63,525 nt of DNA from Gnetum montanum (Eukaryota; Plantae; Gnetophyta). Below, piece after piece: positions 61,935 through 63,525 of the stretch; positions within the stretch are counted from its first letter, which is position 1; each line of letters begins with the position of its first letter. The translations under genes were made by a program, and so were the position numbers. A model generated the notes under the pieces. That model was not told the origin of the DNA, did not search any database, and saw only the letters and a program-made list of their open reading frames with translations. The stretch is taken from NCBI GenBank assembly GCA_015680685.1, contig MNCI01000970.1, positions 549,710 to 613,234 on the forward strand, in the 5' to 3' direction.

Positions 61935-63525
61935 TGAAACACCACTAATTTTAGCATGGCACTTTGAATGGAAAATAACTCAAGTCCTTTCAAGCATTCG
62001 GAAAATTATCCAGATCATACAAGTGGATGGTTTGCATGTGTTGTTATAAATATAAAATGACTAAAAATTTCCTGTGGCAGTTCAAAGGCACAAATTATCC
62101 ACCATTGTTGAACCATGACGAAGATCACTAGAGAGCAGCAGACACCATTGGCACCGAAAGTGGGTGCCTCGTTTTTGCACATTGCAGACACTGCTGGTTT
62201 TGGGAATCATTACATCCTCCGGTGCTTCGTAGAAGTCGCCCATATTTAAAAAAGAAAATTTGCTGCCTTGCTTGATGCCTCGTGGACAGCACATGCACAA
62301 AAAATTGCTGCCTTCACCAATGCTTTGTGGACAGCGCAAAGCACCAAAAATCACTGCTGCCTACTGCGTTGCTGTTCCGGTGCTCACTGCGTTGCTCCCA
62401 GATCTGTGAACGAGGGTTTTAACCCTGGTGGATCTGGATCTGCGTGGCCTTCTGCATTTCCTCTGTGGCCCGCCTGGTCTGCTCCTTCGGTAGGTTTTGA
62501 TCCTAGTCATGGACGCAATCGTGGTCCAGGGCGCGGCTGAGGTCACGGCCGTAGCAGCAACACACGATCTGCTTCACTGGCCATGCATAGCCAAGCACCG
62601 TTCGCCCCTCAGCTGCCCTCTAGATCTAGCCATGCTTTTGGTTTCAGACCCAGTGCCTCTAATCTCTTGCACAGAATGCTGCTCACCCCTACCGCGTCGC
62701 TGCTTCCACTGCCCACCACGCCGCTGTTTCTCTCTGCCACCACTATTTTCTGCCTGCCGCTGCTGTTTTCTGCCTGTCGCCACTGTTTCTGTGCTACCGT
62801 GTCGCTGTTTCTAAGCTGCCTGCCGCGTCGTTGTCTCTTGCCCCACTGCGTCACCACTCCTCCTATGCTTGCCTGCACTGCCACCTCGCGCCATTCGCTG
62901 GCTACTCCGCCTCGGCCGCCATCAGTGTCAGTGTCATCGCCGACAAGCACGACAACCCAAATCATGTTCAAACATAGACGGAGCATCAGCAGTATCCTCA
63001 GCTTTTACAGCGCACAGGATCCTCCCATGCATGCAACTTAAATCTCATAATGGACACGCCCTTCGCCAATGACATATGTAATCGGGGCCAATTTTTGGAA
63101 ATTGGTTTAGACATAAATTTAGGATTCAAATGTTCATGCTGAGACATTAAATTTATTTGGAGATTTTATTAGTGGGAAATGCTGAAATTATATATATATA
63201 TATATGTAAAATTTTTCAAGCGGGCTAAGGCTGGAGCCAATCCTCCTAAAGCTTTCTTAAAATTGTATTGCTGAAGGGCTTGTTTTTTTTTCTAATTATT
63301 TGTATTTTTATGGGCTGGAATGATCCACAAGTTGTAAAATACATTGAACCTGGTCAAAGTATGCAATTGCCAACACACATCCAACTCGTGTACAACTATC
63401 TAGCACAGATACATTGAACTTGGTCAAAGAAACCCCTAGCCAAACCCTAGCCCAACCCTATAAATACCCTATCAATTCACACAAATTGGGAGGAGGCAGG
63501 AGAAGCAAAGCAAAAGCAGCAAGAG
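61935..63525 (+). mobile_element. Probable long LTR of an unrelated retrotransposon inserted in the preceding LTR (window-truncated)
   Basis: Homology to the Athila LTR stops abruptly at TGAAACACCACTAATTTT (a TGTAACACC-like start); a GC-rich low-complexity block follows; AAACCCTAG-like repeats and TATAAATA at ~63460 precede a purine-rich leader. Confidence 0.45.

Noticed and set aside
62268-63072. Six or more overlapping ORFs on both strands
   Set aside because: Expected in GC-rich low-complexity DNA; no recognisable domain or splice structure.
63425-63470. Telomeric repeat tract
   Set aside because: Only about three imperfect AAACCCTA-like units before a TATA box; these are promoter telo-box-like motifs, not a telomere array.

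Overview
Plant nuclear DNA, probably from a non-flowering vascular plant (inferred from protein divergence; not confirmable here). Single Ns at 28658 and 31381 probably mark assembly gaps. The left 25 kb holds two intact minus-strand spliced genes that I traced splice site by splice site. One is a TON1-recruiting-motif (TRM/LONGIFOLIA-like) gene with 5 coding exons (about 1177 aa, 3409-8386). The other is a DEAD-box RNA helicase of the RH13/DDX24/MAK5 type with 12 exons (about 779 aa, 11139-25288), whose three ~3-kb introns are filled with RTE and L1 LINE fragments, SINEs and a MITE. The right 38 kb is a nested stack of dead retroelements. It includes L1 fragments, two complete but decayed Athila-like Ty3/Gypsy elements with paired LTRs, tRNA-Asp-type PBS and 5-bp target-site duplications (32836-42121, TSD GCTTC; 48967-58910, TSD CTTGG), an older Athila-like host element with a long extra 3' ORF, and several partial LTRs. 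I see no clearly new gene system. The most unusual signal is in the LTRs: each subfamily carries a 14-bp-periodic array of its own 8-bp palindrome (CGATATCG, CGACGTCG or CGTCGACG) just upstream of the TATA box, with the same spacing pattern. The LTRs also share a conserved terminal U5 hairpin with a GGTACC palindromic loop.
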